This document shows positions 24,521-37,924 of a stretch of DNA of 64,000 nucleotides, piece by piece. Numbering within the stretch: the first letter of the stretch is position 1; each line of letters begins with the position of its first letter. A program made the translations under genes and the position numbers. This stretch comes from Okamejei kenojei (Eukaryota). Where the stretch lies: contig CM069141.1 in the NCBI GenBank assembly GCA_035221665.1, positions 36,580,001-36,644,000 on the forward strand, written 5' to 3'. The notes under the pieces are model-generated. The model did no database searches, had not been told where the DNA came from, and worked only from the letters and a program-made list of their open reading frames with translations.

Positions 24521-26049
24521 CATCTCACATCTTCTGGTCGTCACCAGCTTAGATATTTCCCCATTGGTGGCTGGGTCTCCAGTTGCCAAGGCCAAAAACT
24601 CTAGAACTCTTTCTCCAATTTTTTTCTTTTCTCAAGCTCTCGTTTCTCCTCTGAGATGCTTCCTACATTTTACCACAATTACTAAGCTTTTAGTTTTCTG
24701 CCCTAATATCTCTGCGTGTGATTAGGGCAGAAAATATGCAAAAAATATACATATGCAAATTGCACTTTGCAAACTTGGGGAAGTTCTGAATGTTAAAGTC
24801 ATCATATAAATAAAAGTTGTTGTTGTTGCTCAAGATGCCACACAATACGCTTAGCCATTTTAAAATAATTTAATTTTAGATTTGATTTGCTTTGATTTGA
24901 AGGGTAATAAAGTCATTGGGGATAACATAAATGTATTCAGAAAACAAAAACCAGCCCAAAATTATTATGTAAGCAAAGAAATTTGGAATGCTTCATGACA
25001 CCTTCTTTCAAAAAGGGTTTTAAAAATTAATTGAAAAGTGCTATGCAAATCCAAGGGGAAATATAGATTTTTAAAATTTCTTATCTCATTTTACCACTCT
25101 TTCTAATTGAATGAACGCAGCAAATCTTAAACATTTTTGAGCACATAATGGAGGGATTCTTTTTTGAGAAACACGATTAGTTGAGATTTGAAATAAGAAG
25201 GTTTTATTATCTCAACACACCTTTTAATGAAATGTGCAATTAAAATAAAATAGTCCCTGATACTCTGTACACTTTAAATGTACTTAATGATAACTTTCAA
25301 CAACCTCACACTATAACCCTAAAAAAGTTAAAACCTAGTCTCGAACATCAATGTGGAATCTATCTTCAGCAACAGTTTATATTGACAATTCATCTCTGAT
25401 GTAATGTTGCCAATGTGAATGGTCTGCAAACATGGTTGAAGGAACAGAGTGTAGACTCCAACACAGTCTCTAAATCAATACCAGCTGTCTGACAGGACCT
25501 CTGCTGTTTGCCAAAAGCTTCAGAGCAGCAATCTCTTGCCAGACTAGGAATCCAGGATGTCTTGCCAAAGAAAACATTGGTCGATGGCCAGGGTACCCCC
25601 AAGACCTGGCAAGAAAAAAAAAGACTGCAATAGAAGCCTTGGCATTATGTTCAGAAATTGAGCATGTGACAAAAGGTCACACCATATCTGATAAAGAATA
25701 ACTTAAATATACTGGTCACTAGACCTATGTTTTAAATTAGCTGGTAAGGTCCTTTAGCTCTCCTATGGAAACAGAGCAGATAGCAAACACCAAAATAGCA
25801 CCAAGTTAGTTTTGCAAGACCAGTTAGAGTCAATTTGGATCAACACAATCAAGACTGAATCTGGTTTAATTATATTCACAATAGCTCATATTTTTTAGCC
25901 ACAGTGATTGATGGGAATAAATCAGGAGAGACTAAATGACAGAAGTTGTATTTACTGGCTGAATGAAGCTGCTAAAGGTGATTGAATAAGAAAAAAGATA
26001 TAGATCCATTAAATTACAAATGGTGGCGGTGTAAGCGGGAGGAGAATGA

Positions 26050-26800
26050 AATATCAGAAGAAGGAAAGAAAAGCACATTAAATGTTGGAAATGTTGACAT
26101 ACAATTGACTGTCAGAAATAATTGAATTTGTCATTGAGTTCTAAAGACTGTGATGGGCCAAGTTCGAAGATTAGATTTTCATCAAACATTGCTGCAGAGG
26201 TTAAACACACCAAGGACAGATGGATCAGAGTGGGAGTGGGTAGATAATTAAAGGGACAGGCAGCTTGAAGCTTCAGCTCAACTTTGTGGACTGAATGGAA
26301 ATATTAAGTAAAACATTCATCTGATCTGTGTTTTGTTTCTGATTTAGAGGAATCCACATTGTGAGCGTTGAATGCAGTACACTAAATTTGAAGATGCACA
26401 AATAAATGAGCATGTCAGTGGACCCATCCTTTCACTTCTTTCCTTCCCAACGTCTGTGGACCAAAGCAACCTTTCCAGGTGAAGCTGTTGCACTTCTTGA
26501 AATCTAGTGACCTGCTTTTGGTGCTCATATTGGGATCTCCTTTACATTGCATAAACCAAACACAGATTGGGTGATCACTTTGTAGAACACCAGTGTTCAG
26601 TCTGTAGGTGTGACCCTAAGCATCCCCCTGCCTGCCATGTTAACTCTCCATCCCACTCCTGTCCAAGGCCTCCTGCTCTGTTACACCACTTCATATTTGG
26701 TAGCAACACCTTCTCTCTGAGCATTTTGCAACAGCACAGGAATAGGTCCTTCAACCCATGGTGATTGAACATTGAATTCTCCAATTTTAGATTATTTGTC
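26050..26800. mobile_element. Old Penelope-like fragments in inverted arrangement
   Basis: ORF 26567..26764 (GDHFVEH...HPPACHVNSPSHS) is a decayed GIY-YIG domain on +; an opposite-strand copy lies at ~26110-26420. Confidence 0.6.
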
Positions 26801-27794
26801 CTTTTATTCTGCCTGTGGTGGAAATTACAATTTCTGCCAGTCCCCCATCTGTGATTTTAGCTCCATATTTCTCCTTCCAATAGTAGAGCATGGCCTGCTA
26901 GATATACTGTATTTTATAATCCTGTTGTTAGCAATGTGCAACATAAACAGAGAAATATACAACACTTTTAACTGCCTCATTAACCCATATGGTTTTCCCT
27001 AATCAGAGATATTTTCTTTGATATCCCTTCCCACAGAAAAATAACGTGTTTTCTCTCGTTTCCTGTTCAGAAGAAGAGAGCCGGATCTGAAACTGCAACT
27101 CTACTTGTCTTTCCACTGATACTGCCTGGCATGCTGTTCACAGCATTTTCTGTTTTTATTATAAATGAGCAGGTGTTCCATCTCCATGAAGATGCCATGA
27201 GAAGAGAACTGCTTGTTGGTGGTGAAAGAAAGAAGGGAAATGCAGGGGAAATTATCCCTGAAGGGGGAAGGGACAGAGATGACCATTGATGGCCTCCCTT
27301 CCAGGGACCCGTGAAACGTCAGATGACACTCCAACACCCTTTCCAACATTTTCTAATCAGATATTTGAGCACTTTATTTTTGTAAGCAAGTGTGCATTTC
27401 TTTAACCAATTAGATGGAAGAATTGTAAAGAGATTTGTAGAAACATAGTCATAGAGTGACACAGCACTGAAATGGGCCCTTCGGCCCCTCAGTCCATGTT
27501 TTTTTTTGGACAACTATATTGATCCCATTTGCCCATATTAGGCTCATATCATTCTATGTCTTGTCTATTAATTATCTAAATGCCTCTTCAACGACTACAC
27601 ACTGCCAATCTCTCCTCTACACCAGTCCTGATGGGGAATCTTGACCCGAAAGATTGACATATACATATTGCCTCTACAGATGCTGCTTAACATGCAAAGT
27701 TCTTCCAGAGTTCTGTTTGTGAGGGAATTATAAATTATCTCACATTGCTCCACATATCACAAATTTGCGACCCTTGATGAAATGTGGTGACGGT

Positions 27795-28480
27795 TTCCTT
27801 GTTATCACATATACCAAGGTACAGTGAAATACTGTTTTTGCATGCAGATCAGCAAGACTGTCACCATACAGAAGCACCATCCTCCAGTTAGTACAGAATG
27901 TACAGAATGGCCCATTGTGTTCATATGCAAGAGGCACAATTTTAGCGGCATTTTACAGTCCTAGCTGCAGCTGGCCACAAAGGCCCATTGCAGCCATCGC
28001 CTCCATTCTGATTGTCCTGTGAACCTCGTCACTTTCCTTGCATGGCCCTCTTTGGCCCTTGTTCCTCAGGGGGCATCTGAAGCTCACCTTGAGGCCGCTG
28101 AAGGCAAGTCCCCCCGGTTCTTCTTACTGGGCCTTTTATCCAGCATCCGCCGCCATCCACCTCCACCATCTCCTCAGGTTCCCGGTCATCGAGGATTCCC
28201 GATTCCACAGCTGGCGAGCCAGGCCTGTTGTTGGGACATGGCCTCGGCTTGCTGGCAGACATTTTCACTGCGCACGCTTCTCTGGCAAGGCCTTCTCCCT
28301 CCTACCAGCCCTTTATTTCAGACTCTCTCCCACCTTCCAAATCCTGGTCTCAAAGCGAGCAGGAGACGAACCACGGGTGCACTCCAGGCACTACTCTGGA
28401 TCTGTGGCGTATGAGCCAGGCCCACGGGGGCTTAAGCAGAGCAAAGCTTCCAGAAGAGCAGAGAAACTCACAGCAGCAAC
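27795..28480 (-). mobile_element. GC-rich SINE-like element with a Rex1/L2-type tail
   Basis: Tail 'gttatcacatataccaaggtacagtgaaat' next to a GC-rich non-coding body; same architecture as 60531-61010. Confidence 0.45.
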
Positions 28481-28486
28481 TGGAGT

Positions 28487-28750
28487 GAGATGAGAAAATC
28501 ATTTTTCACACAGAGAGTGGTAAGTCTGTGGAATTCTCTGCCACACAAGGTTGTTGAGGCCAGTTCATTGGCTATATTTAAGAGGAGTTAGATGTGGCCC
28601 TTGTGGCTAAATGGATCAGGTGGTATGGAGAGAAGGCAGGATACTGAGTTGGATGATCAGCCATGATCATATTGAATGGTGGTGAGGGCTCGAAGGGCCG
28701 AATGGTCTACTCCTGCACCTATTTTCTATGATTCTATGATTCTATGTTTT
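28487..28750 (+). mobile_element. CR1/HER1 3' fragment
   Basis: FFTQRVVSLWNSLP motif, 3' UTR and (ttctatga)n tail. Confidence 0.85.
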
Positions 28751-30896
28751 CCATGTTGAACTGCACATACATGATCACTTTAATGAACCGTTATTTTCAG
28801 TGGCATGAGTAAATTTCTAGGCAGATATTTCACATTTTAGAAAGATATGTAATTACAAATGGAACAAACATGCAGTAAGTGGATAATAAATTCCCATTGG
28901 TGGATTTTATTCTTCAGCAATGCAAACTGAAAAGTGCTGATTTTTGTAATTTATATGGCGTGAATTTGAAACAAATCCAATTTTACCACATTTGATCTTA
29001 GTCTGTAAATAGCATAATCAAACATTTGTGGAGGAAAATAGTATTATCTGAAAAGTACCACCATGCGTATGAGGTATTTGTTGAGGTATTTGACTTTCAA
29101 TACTTTGATATAATAAATAGCAAGGATATTGCAATTGCGTAAATTCAGAAGAATGTTGTTTTAAAGAATATGGATCATTGCAAATGATCAGGTTCAAATG
29201 TATTCCTTGTTAAATAGAGTGAGGGTGGATGAGCTTTCTGGCATTCACAAGAACGCTGAAATGTATTTACCTGGCCAGCATGCACACAGGGTGAAAAAGC
29301 AGAACTGACAGTTGATGAAAAGTCATACAATCCACCATCTCCTGGACACCATGACTTTGTAGGGCTAATCGGCTCAGGTGCTTGTGATTGTACCTACATT
29401 GTGCTGAAACAATGGTGGAAGAGATGCCAAATACTAAGTTTTCATGTTTGGCAATAAACTCCAAACTAGTTTCTGAATGCATAGTCTCAGTGGAAAATGC
29501 CAGAAATTTGACTGGGCTACGGATTATGGATTGCCATGTTAGGCTAAAGTAGTTGGATACAGTTCCATGCGTGGTCAAGTATAAGAGGAATGTTCATCAG
29601 GGACAGGGCTGCCAACAGTACCATAATGTAAAAAATGTGGGCGTTCTATATGATTTTGATATGGAACATCAGTTTTCCTGTATAGACAAAGAAAGGCTTT
29701 GTGGGGTTGGGAGGTGGTTGGGCAGGTGCCACGAATATCCTAGGCCAGCAGTTGCACCATGAAGGGACATCCAGATACATAAACATGCAGTTCATAGTGA
29801 ATTTAGGAAATACCTGGTGGCCAGGATGCTTGTGGAGCAACATTGGAGATGCAGACCAGAGTCAGAGTCAGAGTCACACTGGTTGGAAACAGGCCCTATA
29901 GCCCAACTCATCCATGCCAACCCAACTAAGTAAGTCTCATTTTCCCGGTAGTACAAAAAGCTGGGTGTCCTCTCCCTGGTTTAAGGCTCCAACTCTGTTA
30001 ATTCAGTTAACTTTGCTCCTGCTCTCTCCTGATTGGGCTGACCCAGTGTTAGACCTGGAAGAGAAACTGGGGGGTGTGAGGTGGGGTAAGGAGATTAGCA
30101 GGAATGGGGTGGGTGTGGAGATTGGGAGTAATGAGGGGAGATTAAAGATAAAGAGGGATGATGAAACTAAAACTTTCATTGCACTTCATAAGGCATGCAT
30201 ATACCTCCAGATGCAGTATACCGTATGCCATGTAAAGATTTGTGATATATCGTCCAATCAATCACTACTGCCAGATAAGCACTGTTCACTTTCAATAAGG
30301 GATGTTTGGTCAGAAGCTCCACGCTATCTAGTTTCCTTAGTAAACCCAATATAACACCACCCATACATTTCACATGGGTGAAGTGTTTGGCATTAGCTGC
30401 CAAAGTGTAAATGAAAAGAGAACTGGGTTTCCTAGATGGAGTGGTTATAATGGTGGGTAGTGAATCAGGTGAAAAGTTAGGAAAAACACGAGAGGCCACA
30501 GCCATTTGTTTTGTACATGTAATTAGTAGAGAGAGGTCACAGCGCAAACTGAGGTTCTGATGGGAGATGGTGTGGAGGATATGGACTGCAGCAACAATAC
30601 CATATGTGGAAAGATGAAGGCAATACTGCTGCTCAGACACATCCAAAACCCTAGGATTAGTTAGTTCCACAAATCATTGGCCCAGTCTCCCACGAAGAAC
30701 TTTCAAACCCTTTTAAGAATGTAAGAAGCTTCTGAGCTTATCATGAATAAGATCTTTGGTAAAATTATGACTGGAGAATATATTCTGTGTCTGTTTACTG
30801 ACAATATAGAATATTATCTAAAGCTAATTCAAAACATGTGTTAATGAATGCCTAAATGCATACTGATCAAATATAATGTAAAAAAATATATTAAAA

Positions 30897-31085
30897 GTTC
30901 ATTGGCTATATTCAAGAGGGAATTGGATGTGGCTCTTGTGGCTAAAGGGATCAGGGGGTATGGAGAGAAGACATGTACGGGATACTGAGTTGGATGATCA
31001 GCCATGATCATATTGAATGGCGGTGCAGGCTCGAAGGGCCGAATGGCCTACTCCACCTATTTTTTCTATGTTTCTATGTTTCTAT
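30897..31085 (+). mobile_element. CR1/HER1 3' fragment
   Basis: Near-identical to 28562-28750, with a (tttctatg)n tail. Confidence 0.85.
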
Positions 31086-32643
31086 CATACATAATCACAA
31101 GCAAGGCTTTAAATTGGTCGACTATTGAATTGATTATTTACAACCTTGTCAAAGTATTATGCTTTTAGAAGAATTGTATTGTTCCTAGTAGCTAATGGCT
31201 TTTGTATTACATTAATTAGCACAACACCATGAAAGATATCTACTGCAAATGTCAGAACCCAATTTTCTGTCTTGGAGACTTTGACTGGCATGCTCTGGCT
31301 TTCAGCATTTTTCTATTTATCACCTTAATATTCTCCTAGGAGTGACTATTTCCTCTTCAGAAACTATATAGAAATTCAATATCAAGGATTAGTTCACATG
31401 GTTTACTTTTGGTATGAATCATATTTTATGCACTTTGCATTGCATTTATGCTGATTTGTAGGCCTAACAAATCTATTCCAGCAGGCACTGCATTTGACAC
31501 CTGTCGTCAAGTATTTATTGCCAAATGCAGTATAGTACAGTACATTACAGATGGAATGAAAATCTTGCTCACAACAGCATTGCCAGCATGTAGATTCAGA
31601 CAACATCAAAAACGCGATATATATTAATTTACATATGTTATCCAAGACTGTGAAAAGAAAAAGACTGAAAAAACAAGACATTAATGCAAAAACACAATTC
31701 AAAAACAGGTCCATGGGCGTGCAAGAGGTGGTCTACAGTGTTCTATTGCTGAGGTAGGATTAGGGTTGTGCAGGTCAATTCAAAAAAGTAGATTATTCCT
31801 GAACCTAGCACTGTGGGGCTTCAAGTTTCCCTACCTCTAGCCCGATAGTAGCAGTGAGAAGAAGGCATGAGCCAGGTGCTAATGATCTTTGATGATAGAT
31901 GCTGCCTTCTAGACGCAGTGCCTCACGTAGGTGCTATCAATGAAGCGGAGAGGTGCACCCGTGATGGATTGGGCTGAGTTCATCATTCTCTGCAGCCTCT
32001 TGTATTCCAGTGTGTTGTAATTGCTGTACCGGCAATGCTGCAACCAGTCAGGTTATTTTTTTACGCTGCATCTGACTATGCAGTACAGTGACATGCTGAA
32101 TCTCTTTGAACTTAGAGAGAGGAACGTATGAACGTGAACCTGGCTGCCTTCTTCGTGATTACATTGATGTGCTGGGCCAAGGACAGGTCATCAGAGATCT
32201 TAACACCCAGGAATTCAAAGCTGCTAATTTTCTCCACGGTCAACACACCAAAGAAGACTGGTCACAATCTCCCGACTTCCCCTTTCTGAAGTCAACAATA
32301 AATTGCTTACTTTTGTTGCCAATGAGCACTAGGTTGTTGTCGCTGCACCATTCAACCAGGTGTTCTACTGCCGTCCGTATGCTGACATCATCACCTGTGA
32401 TTCAGCCAACAGCAGTAATATTGTCAGTGAATTTGTAGATGGCGTTGGAGTTGTGCTTTGACGCACATTCATAGCTTACATAGAAACATAGAAACATAAA
32501 AAATAGGTGCAGGAGTAGGCCATTGGGACCTTCGAGCCAGCACCGCCATTCAATATGATCATGACTGATCATCCAAAATCAGCACTCCTGACCGACACAG
32601 GTGATACACTCCTGACCGACCAGGTGATACACTCCTGACCGAC

Positions 32644-33660
32644 ACTGACTTCATCCATTTCACCACCAACTTCCATCCGGCACTCAAATACACTTGGACC
32701 ATTTCCAACATTTCCCTACCCTTCCTTGACCTCACCATCTCTATTGCAGGTGATACACTCCTGACCGACATCCACTACAAACCAACTGACTCCCACAGCT
32801 ACCTGGACTACTCTTCCTCCCACCCTGCCTCCTGTAAGGACTCCATCCCCTATTCTCAATTCCTCCGTCTACGCCGCATCTGCTCCCAGGATGAGGTGTT
32901 CCACACCAGGTCATCACAAATGGCCTCATTCTTCAGAGAACGGGGATTCCCCTCCCCTACTATAGATGAGGCTCGCACCAGGGTCTCCTCCATACCCCGC
33001 AACACTGCCCTCTCTCCCCATTCCCCCACTCGCAACAAGGGCAGAGTCCCCCTGGTCCTCACCTTTCACCCCACCACCCGGCAAATACAACACATAGTCC
33101 TCCGCCAGTTTCGTCACCTCCAACGTGACCCCTCCACTCGCCACATCTTCCCATCTCCCCCCCTGTCTGCCTTCCGCAAAGACCGCTCCCTCCGCAAATC
33201 CTTTGTCAATTCTTCCCTTCCCTCCCGCTCTACCCCTTCCCCGGGCACTTTCCCTTGCAACCGCAAGAAATGCTACACTTGTCCCTTCACCTCCCCCCTC
33301 CACTCCTTTCAGGAACCCAAGCAGTCCTTCCAGGTCCGACAGAGGTTCACCTGCACCTCCTCCAACCTCATCTACTGCATCCGCTGCTCCAGATGCCAGA
33401 TGATCTATATCGGTGAGACCAAGCGGAGGCTTGGCGATCGTTTCGCCGAACACCTCCGCGCGGTCCGCAATAACCAACCCGACCTCCCGGTGGCTCAGCA
33501 CTTCAACTCCCCCTCCCATTCCGTATCTGACCTCTCGGTCCTGGGCCTCCTCCACGGCCAGAGTGAGCAACATCGCAAGTTGGAGGAACAGCACCTCATA
33601 TTCCGCTTGGGGAGTCTGCATCCTCTGGGCTTGAACATTGAATTTCCTCAATTCTGTTAA
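32644..33660 (+). CDS. Penelope polyprotein C-terminal part (RT thumb + GIY-YIG endonuclease), 5'-truncated
   Basis: Uninterrupted frame: LPFLDLTI..YKPTDSHSYLDYSSSHP, CNRKKCYTC zinc linker, LIYCIRCSRCQMIYIGETKRRLGDRFAEH, GLNIEF. Confidence 0.9.
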   Translation, partial: TDFIHFTTNFHPALKYTWTISNISLPFLDLTISIAGDTLLTDIHYKPTDSHSYLDYSSSHPASCKDSIPYSQFLRLRRICSQDEVFHTRSSQMASFFRERGFPSPTIDEARTRVSSIPRNTALSPHSPTRNKGRVPLVLTFHPTTRQIQHIVLRQFRHLQRDPSTRHIFPSPPLSAFRKDRSLRKSFVNSSLPSRSTPSPGTFPCNRKKCYTCPFTSPLHSFQEPKQSFQVRQRFTCTSSNLIYCIRCSRCQMIYIGETKRRLGDRFAEHLRAVRNNQPDLPVAQHFNSPSHSVSDLSVLGLLHGQSEQHRKLEEQHLIFRLGSLHPLGLNIEFPQFC

Positions 33661-33892
33661 CCCTTGCTGTCTCCTCCCCTTCCCACCTCTCCCTCAGCCC
33701 TCGGGCCCTGGCATTCCTTCTCGCTCTATCTCTCTCCCCCACCCTAGTCGCACTAGCTTCTCATTTTCACACTACAAACAGCTTACAATGGCTTGTTCCC
33801 TTTATCATCAATACTTTTTTGCATATCTTTCATTCATTGTTCTTTATCTCTCCACATCACCGTCTATATCTCTCGTTTCCCTGATCCCTGAC

Positions 33893-33930
33893 CAGTCTGA
33901 AGAAGGGTCTCGACCCGAAACGTCGCCTAT
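33893..33930 (+). ncRNA. Minimal type I hammerhead ribozyme motif
   Basis: CUGAAGA (33897-33903), hairpin GGGU-CUCG-ACCC, GAAAC-GUC; matches the minimal HHR architecture described in Penelope-like elements. Confidence 0.7.
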
Positions 33931-35009
33931 CTCCTTCGCTCCTTAGATGCTGCTGCACCCGCTGAGTTTCTCCAGCCTTTTGTGTACCATCCAAAATCAG
34001 TACCCCGTTTCTACTTTCTCCCCATATCCCTTGATTCCGTTAGCCCTAAGAGCTAAATCTAACTCTCTCTTGAAAACATTCAGTGAATTGGCCTCCACTG
34101 CCTTCTGTGGCAGAGAATTCCACAGATTCACAACTCTCCGGGTGAAAAAGTTTTTCCTCATCTCAGTCCTAAATTGCCTACCCCTTATTCTTAAACTGTG
34201 ACCCCTGGTTCTAGACTCCCCCAACATCATGAACAATTTTCCTGCATTGGGCCTGTCCAAACCCTTAAGAATGTTATATGTTTCTATAAGATCCAGGTTG
34301 TAGATTAAAGACAGTTAGATTAAAGAGAGAAGAGCAGGGTGTTAAGCACTTAGTCCTGAGGCACACCTGTGTTGATGGTCGATGAGGAAGAGATGTTGGT
34401 ACCGATCTGCACTAATTGATAATTGCCGATGATTAAGTCAAGGATTCAGTTGCAAAGGGCTCAAAGGCCCAGGTCTTTTAGTTTGCCATGGGTTTGCAGG
34501 GGATGACAGTGATGAATGCCAAGCTGCTGATTGTTGATGAACAACAGCCTGATTAATGGGTTTCTGTTGAACAGATGTATGGATTCCAGTTTAGATGGTC
34601 AGTGCAAAATGGAGAGTCAGTGATATAGCATCTGCTTTTGACCTGCAGTGGCATTTAGCAAATTGAAAGGTATCCAGGTCATTTCTGAGGGAGAAATTGA
34701 TTCGCACCAGAAACAATCTCTTGAAGCATTTACAGTGAATGTAAGTGCCAATGAACTACATTGAGGAATTAAGAAGGCTACTTTTTCCATTAAAGTACAT
34801 AGAAATTAAATATATGACATGGAAACTGGGTCATTCGAACAGAATATTGCAAATGCAAAAGCTCTCCGGTTTGCATCAGCAGACCCTCAGACTGATTCTT
34901 TGAAGAGCAAGATTTGGCACTCCTATTGACAGAAATCATGTAAAATTCAATTCCAATGGTAGTGTATTAATGTTCATTTTACAACCCACCTGATTTTCCT
35001 TTCCTACCA

Positions 35010-35305
35010 GGGCTGCACAGTTGTGCAGTGGTAGAGTGGCTGCCTTACAGGGTACCTGCAAGACCCGTGTTCGATCCTGACTATGGGTGCCATCTGTACA
35101 GAGTTTGTACATTCTCCCTGTGACCGTGTGGGTTTTCTCCGGGTGCTGCCACATTCCACGTTCAGATATGTACGTTAATTGGCTTTGGTAAATTGTCTCT
35201 AGTGAGTAGGACAGTGTTAGTGTATGGTGCTTGCAGGTCGTTATGGACTTGATGGGCTGAAGGGCCTGTTTCCAGACTGTATTTCTAAACTAAATTAAAC
35301 TAAAT
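35010..35305 (+). mobile_element. HE1-like V-SINE
   Basis: tRNA head with gttcgatcc, V-domain, CR1-like tail and (taaac)n. Confidence 0.85.
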
Positions 35306-35469
35306 ATAAAAGCAACTTAATTCATCAATTGTCAATAGTGGGTCTGTGGAATTAATTATCTTAAATAATGTTTTTAAACCAGGAAACAAAGTTAAGAACA
35401 AAGGTGTATGGCACAAACCAAACAAATGCTGTATCAATCCCTAATTCAATCTGTACTGACGATCCACAC

Positions 35470-35730
35470 TGGTAGGTCACATATTGATTAGACCAGGTTA
35501 CCAATGGAAGGTTTCCTTCCTTGAAGGACATCAACGAGGAAGATCAGCTTTCATGGCAATTTGGTAGTTAACAAATTGGTCGTTATCGTTACTTAGACCA
35601 GTTTTCTTAAACAAATTCTATATATTTTGTTACTTGAATTTAAATTCCCACCTTCCATGTAAGATTTGAACACATGTCTAGAATTTTGGGCTCTAGTCCA
35701 GTAATTTAGCCACTAAATTACCATATTGCA
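35470..35730 (-). mobile_element. Ancient tRNA-headed SINE remnant (family unassigned)
   Basis: Colinear similarity to 58260-58610 (agaccag..tttcctt..aaggaca..aaattccca..agatttga). Confidence 0.45.
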
Positions 35731-37924
35731 ATTCTGACATGAAACTAATCTTTCAATAGCCAAAGAAATGTAAGAAAAGAAGGCTGAGAAAAACGAGGGG
35801 TTTGGCAAAACTCATTGTTTTCACTGGGAGATGGTGTGATGAAGTGATTTCAATGTGATGCGGCCATAGGGAAGATAGGGACTAAGCTGAAAAAAGACTT
35901 CCTTGCCTTCTTGTGTACCATCCCTAGTGTATTCAATAAGGTACAGGCATTGGTAGCATACACGCTGGCTGGAAATACTAAAAAGGGGCAACCATTTATT
36001 CAGATAGTTTTGCAAACCTCGTAAATCCTTCCTCCAGCTCTTCCCGCACCGCATCAGAATGTCATGCTAACCCATCTGATCATCTGATTACAGAGACTGG
36101 TAGAGCCAGAGTGGTCACCATGACCCCACTTTAAATGTACATTGGGTAATTGCCATTCTACCTACTTTCAAACCCCCACCCCCATAAACCATAACCTCCC
36201 TCCACCAGCAATGTGTTCAGTGTCCTATCTGTTTCTCTTTAATCCTAATCATATTTAAAAGGTGAAAATTGGCCAACAGTTTTGTGGAATTTTTGGTTTG
36301 CCTTTAAGTAATGGGATAAATTATATTGAACTGGACTAGCTGTTGAACCTTTCGTTTTACACTTCATCCTAAAAAAATATTTACACTTCACAATATTCTG
36401 ACAAGAACAATGGTTGGTACTAAATGAGACAAATTAATACTTTGAGACGTCTCATGAACCAACGTCATCAAATAGATCAAATTTGAAAGGATAACAAATG
36501 GAAATATTTGCCTAGAAATATGTCCAAGACGTTCTAGTGCTAATGTATTCAACTCCTGAATCGAATTTCAGGAATAGAATGCATGGATTTTACAAAATTG
36601 AACAGGTAGTGCTGCCAATTCAAAATGTAATCTTTCAGCCATTTTTACATTTGCTTTTATATAACTGGTCACATCAAGGCTAATTCATGATTATGCTGTG
36701 TTTAGGATTGAATAATAAATTCACATCCAAGCCGACTGGCAGCATGTCATTTGAACTCCATTTATATGGGTGATTAAATCATCCAATTGTATTCCCTTTG
36801 TATTAATGTTTGTTTAAAAAATAGTAGCGTCAATATGGATAAAGCATTCCCTAGTCATTGCTTACGGCTATGTAAAGGGAGCTGAAAGGTTGATGATGCT
36901 GCTGCCACACAAAAGTGGGGGAATTTTAATTGGGAATGGGATGTGAACTCAATTGGGTTGGGAAGGTAGGTAAGTGCCACTTTTGTTGTCTGTCTGATGC
37001 TTGGGTAGTTTTATCTTCTAAACATCGGCTGTCCGGCAGCATCAAAACCAGGAAAGCAATGCTAACCTATAGATAGGGGCAGTTATGTGGACAGAAGAGG
37101 TGACTGGGAAAAATCAAAGGCATGTTCATCAACAGTAGGAGGGCAGGGACAGGAGGAAATCTCAAATAGTGGTGACAAACTTTTCTGTAGGCTGTGTTGG
37201 CAATAAAATGTTTTTTTAATGTAGTACAGGAACGATGTTGTCCAAGTTGCTCACACCAGTGTCCCAGTGCAGCAATGAGATAGAAGGCTACATGGCTAGT
37301 TACTGCATCTGCATTGTTTATCAAGAATTCTCCAATGATCTCTCCCCTCCTCACACCAATTCCAGTGGTTTATTTGGTTCAGGATCTATGTTTTGCTTCT
37401 TCTTTTCTCCTGTGAACCTCAGCTGAGGTGTGATGGAAAGTGATAATTGGGAAAAAAGACACAAAGTGCAGAAGTAACTCAGTCGGTGAGGCAGCATGTC
37501 TGGAGAACAGGATTGGGTGATGTTTTGGGTCAGGACCCACACTTTATGCCTTTTTTTCCGGAAACCAGCATCTGCTGTTCCTTTTTTCTCCAGTGATAAT
37601 TGGGAAGTGTTTGGCCTGCTGCCATGAGCGTTGGGGTATGGAATAAATGTTGAGAATCCCTAGAACTGCACACCGCCACCTGTATATCACTGCACTGTAA
37701 GATCCAGTGCATCTTTAATGATAGACCGAATGATATGTTTGCAAGCTTTACTGTAGAGCAAGTGAAAGCTGGATCAGAGAAATGTTGAAGGTGAACCTCA
37801 GATAGATACATGCTGTATGAGCTATTCAACTGCTTATCCACCCATTTTGTGTTGAGTGGATACAGTCAAATCACAGTTTGTTCTTCAGACTTTCCAAAAT
37901 ATAAAACCTTGAAAATAATCAATG

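Larger units (their letters stand above)
32583..33987 (+). mobile_element. Young 5'-truncated Penelope-like retroelement
   Basis: 13-bp TSD catccaaaatcag (32570-32582 / 33988-34000); intact RT-thumb plus GIY-YIG ORF; 3' tail with a hammerhead motif. Confidence 0.95.
32478..34295 (-). mobile_element. CR1/HER1 3' fragment split by Penelope
   Basis: (catagaaa)n tail at 32479; ORF 33997..34260 (NFFTRRVVNLWNSLPQKAVEA). Confidence 0.9.
31510..34760 (-). mobile_element. Rex1/Babar LINE fragment, split by a CR1 plus Penelope insertion
   Basis: C-terminal and RT segments at 31510-32475 continue at ~34320-34760 (GVPQ..VLN.LLFSL region on -). Confidence 0.7.

Noticed and set aside
32926-33651. 241-aa antisense ORF
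   Set aside because: Shadow of the C-rich Penelope ORF on the opposite strand; no independent motifs
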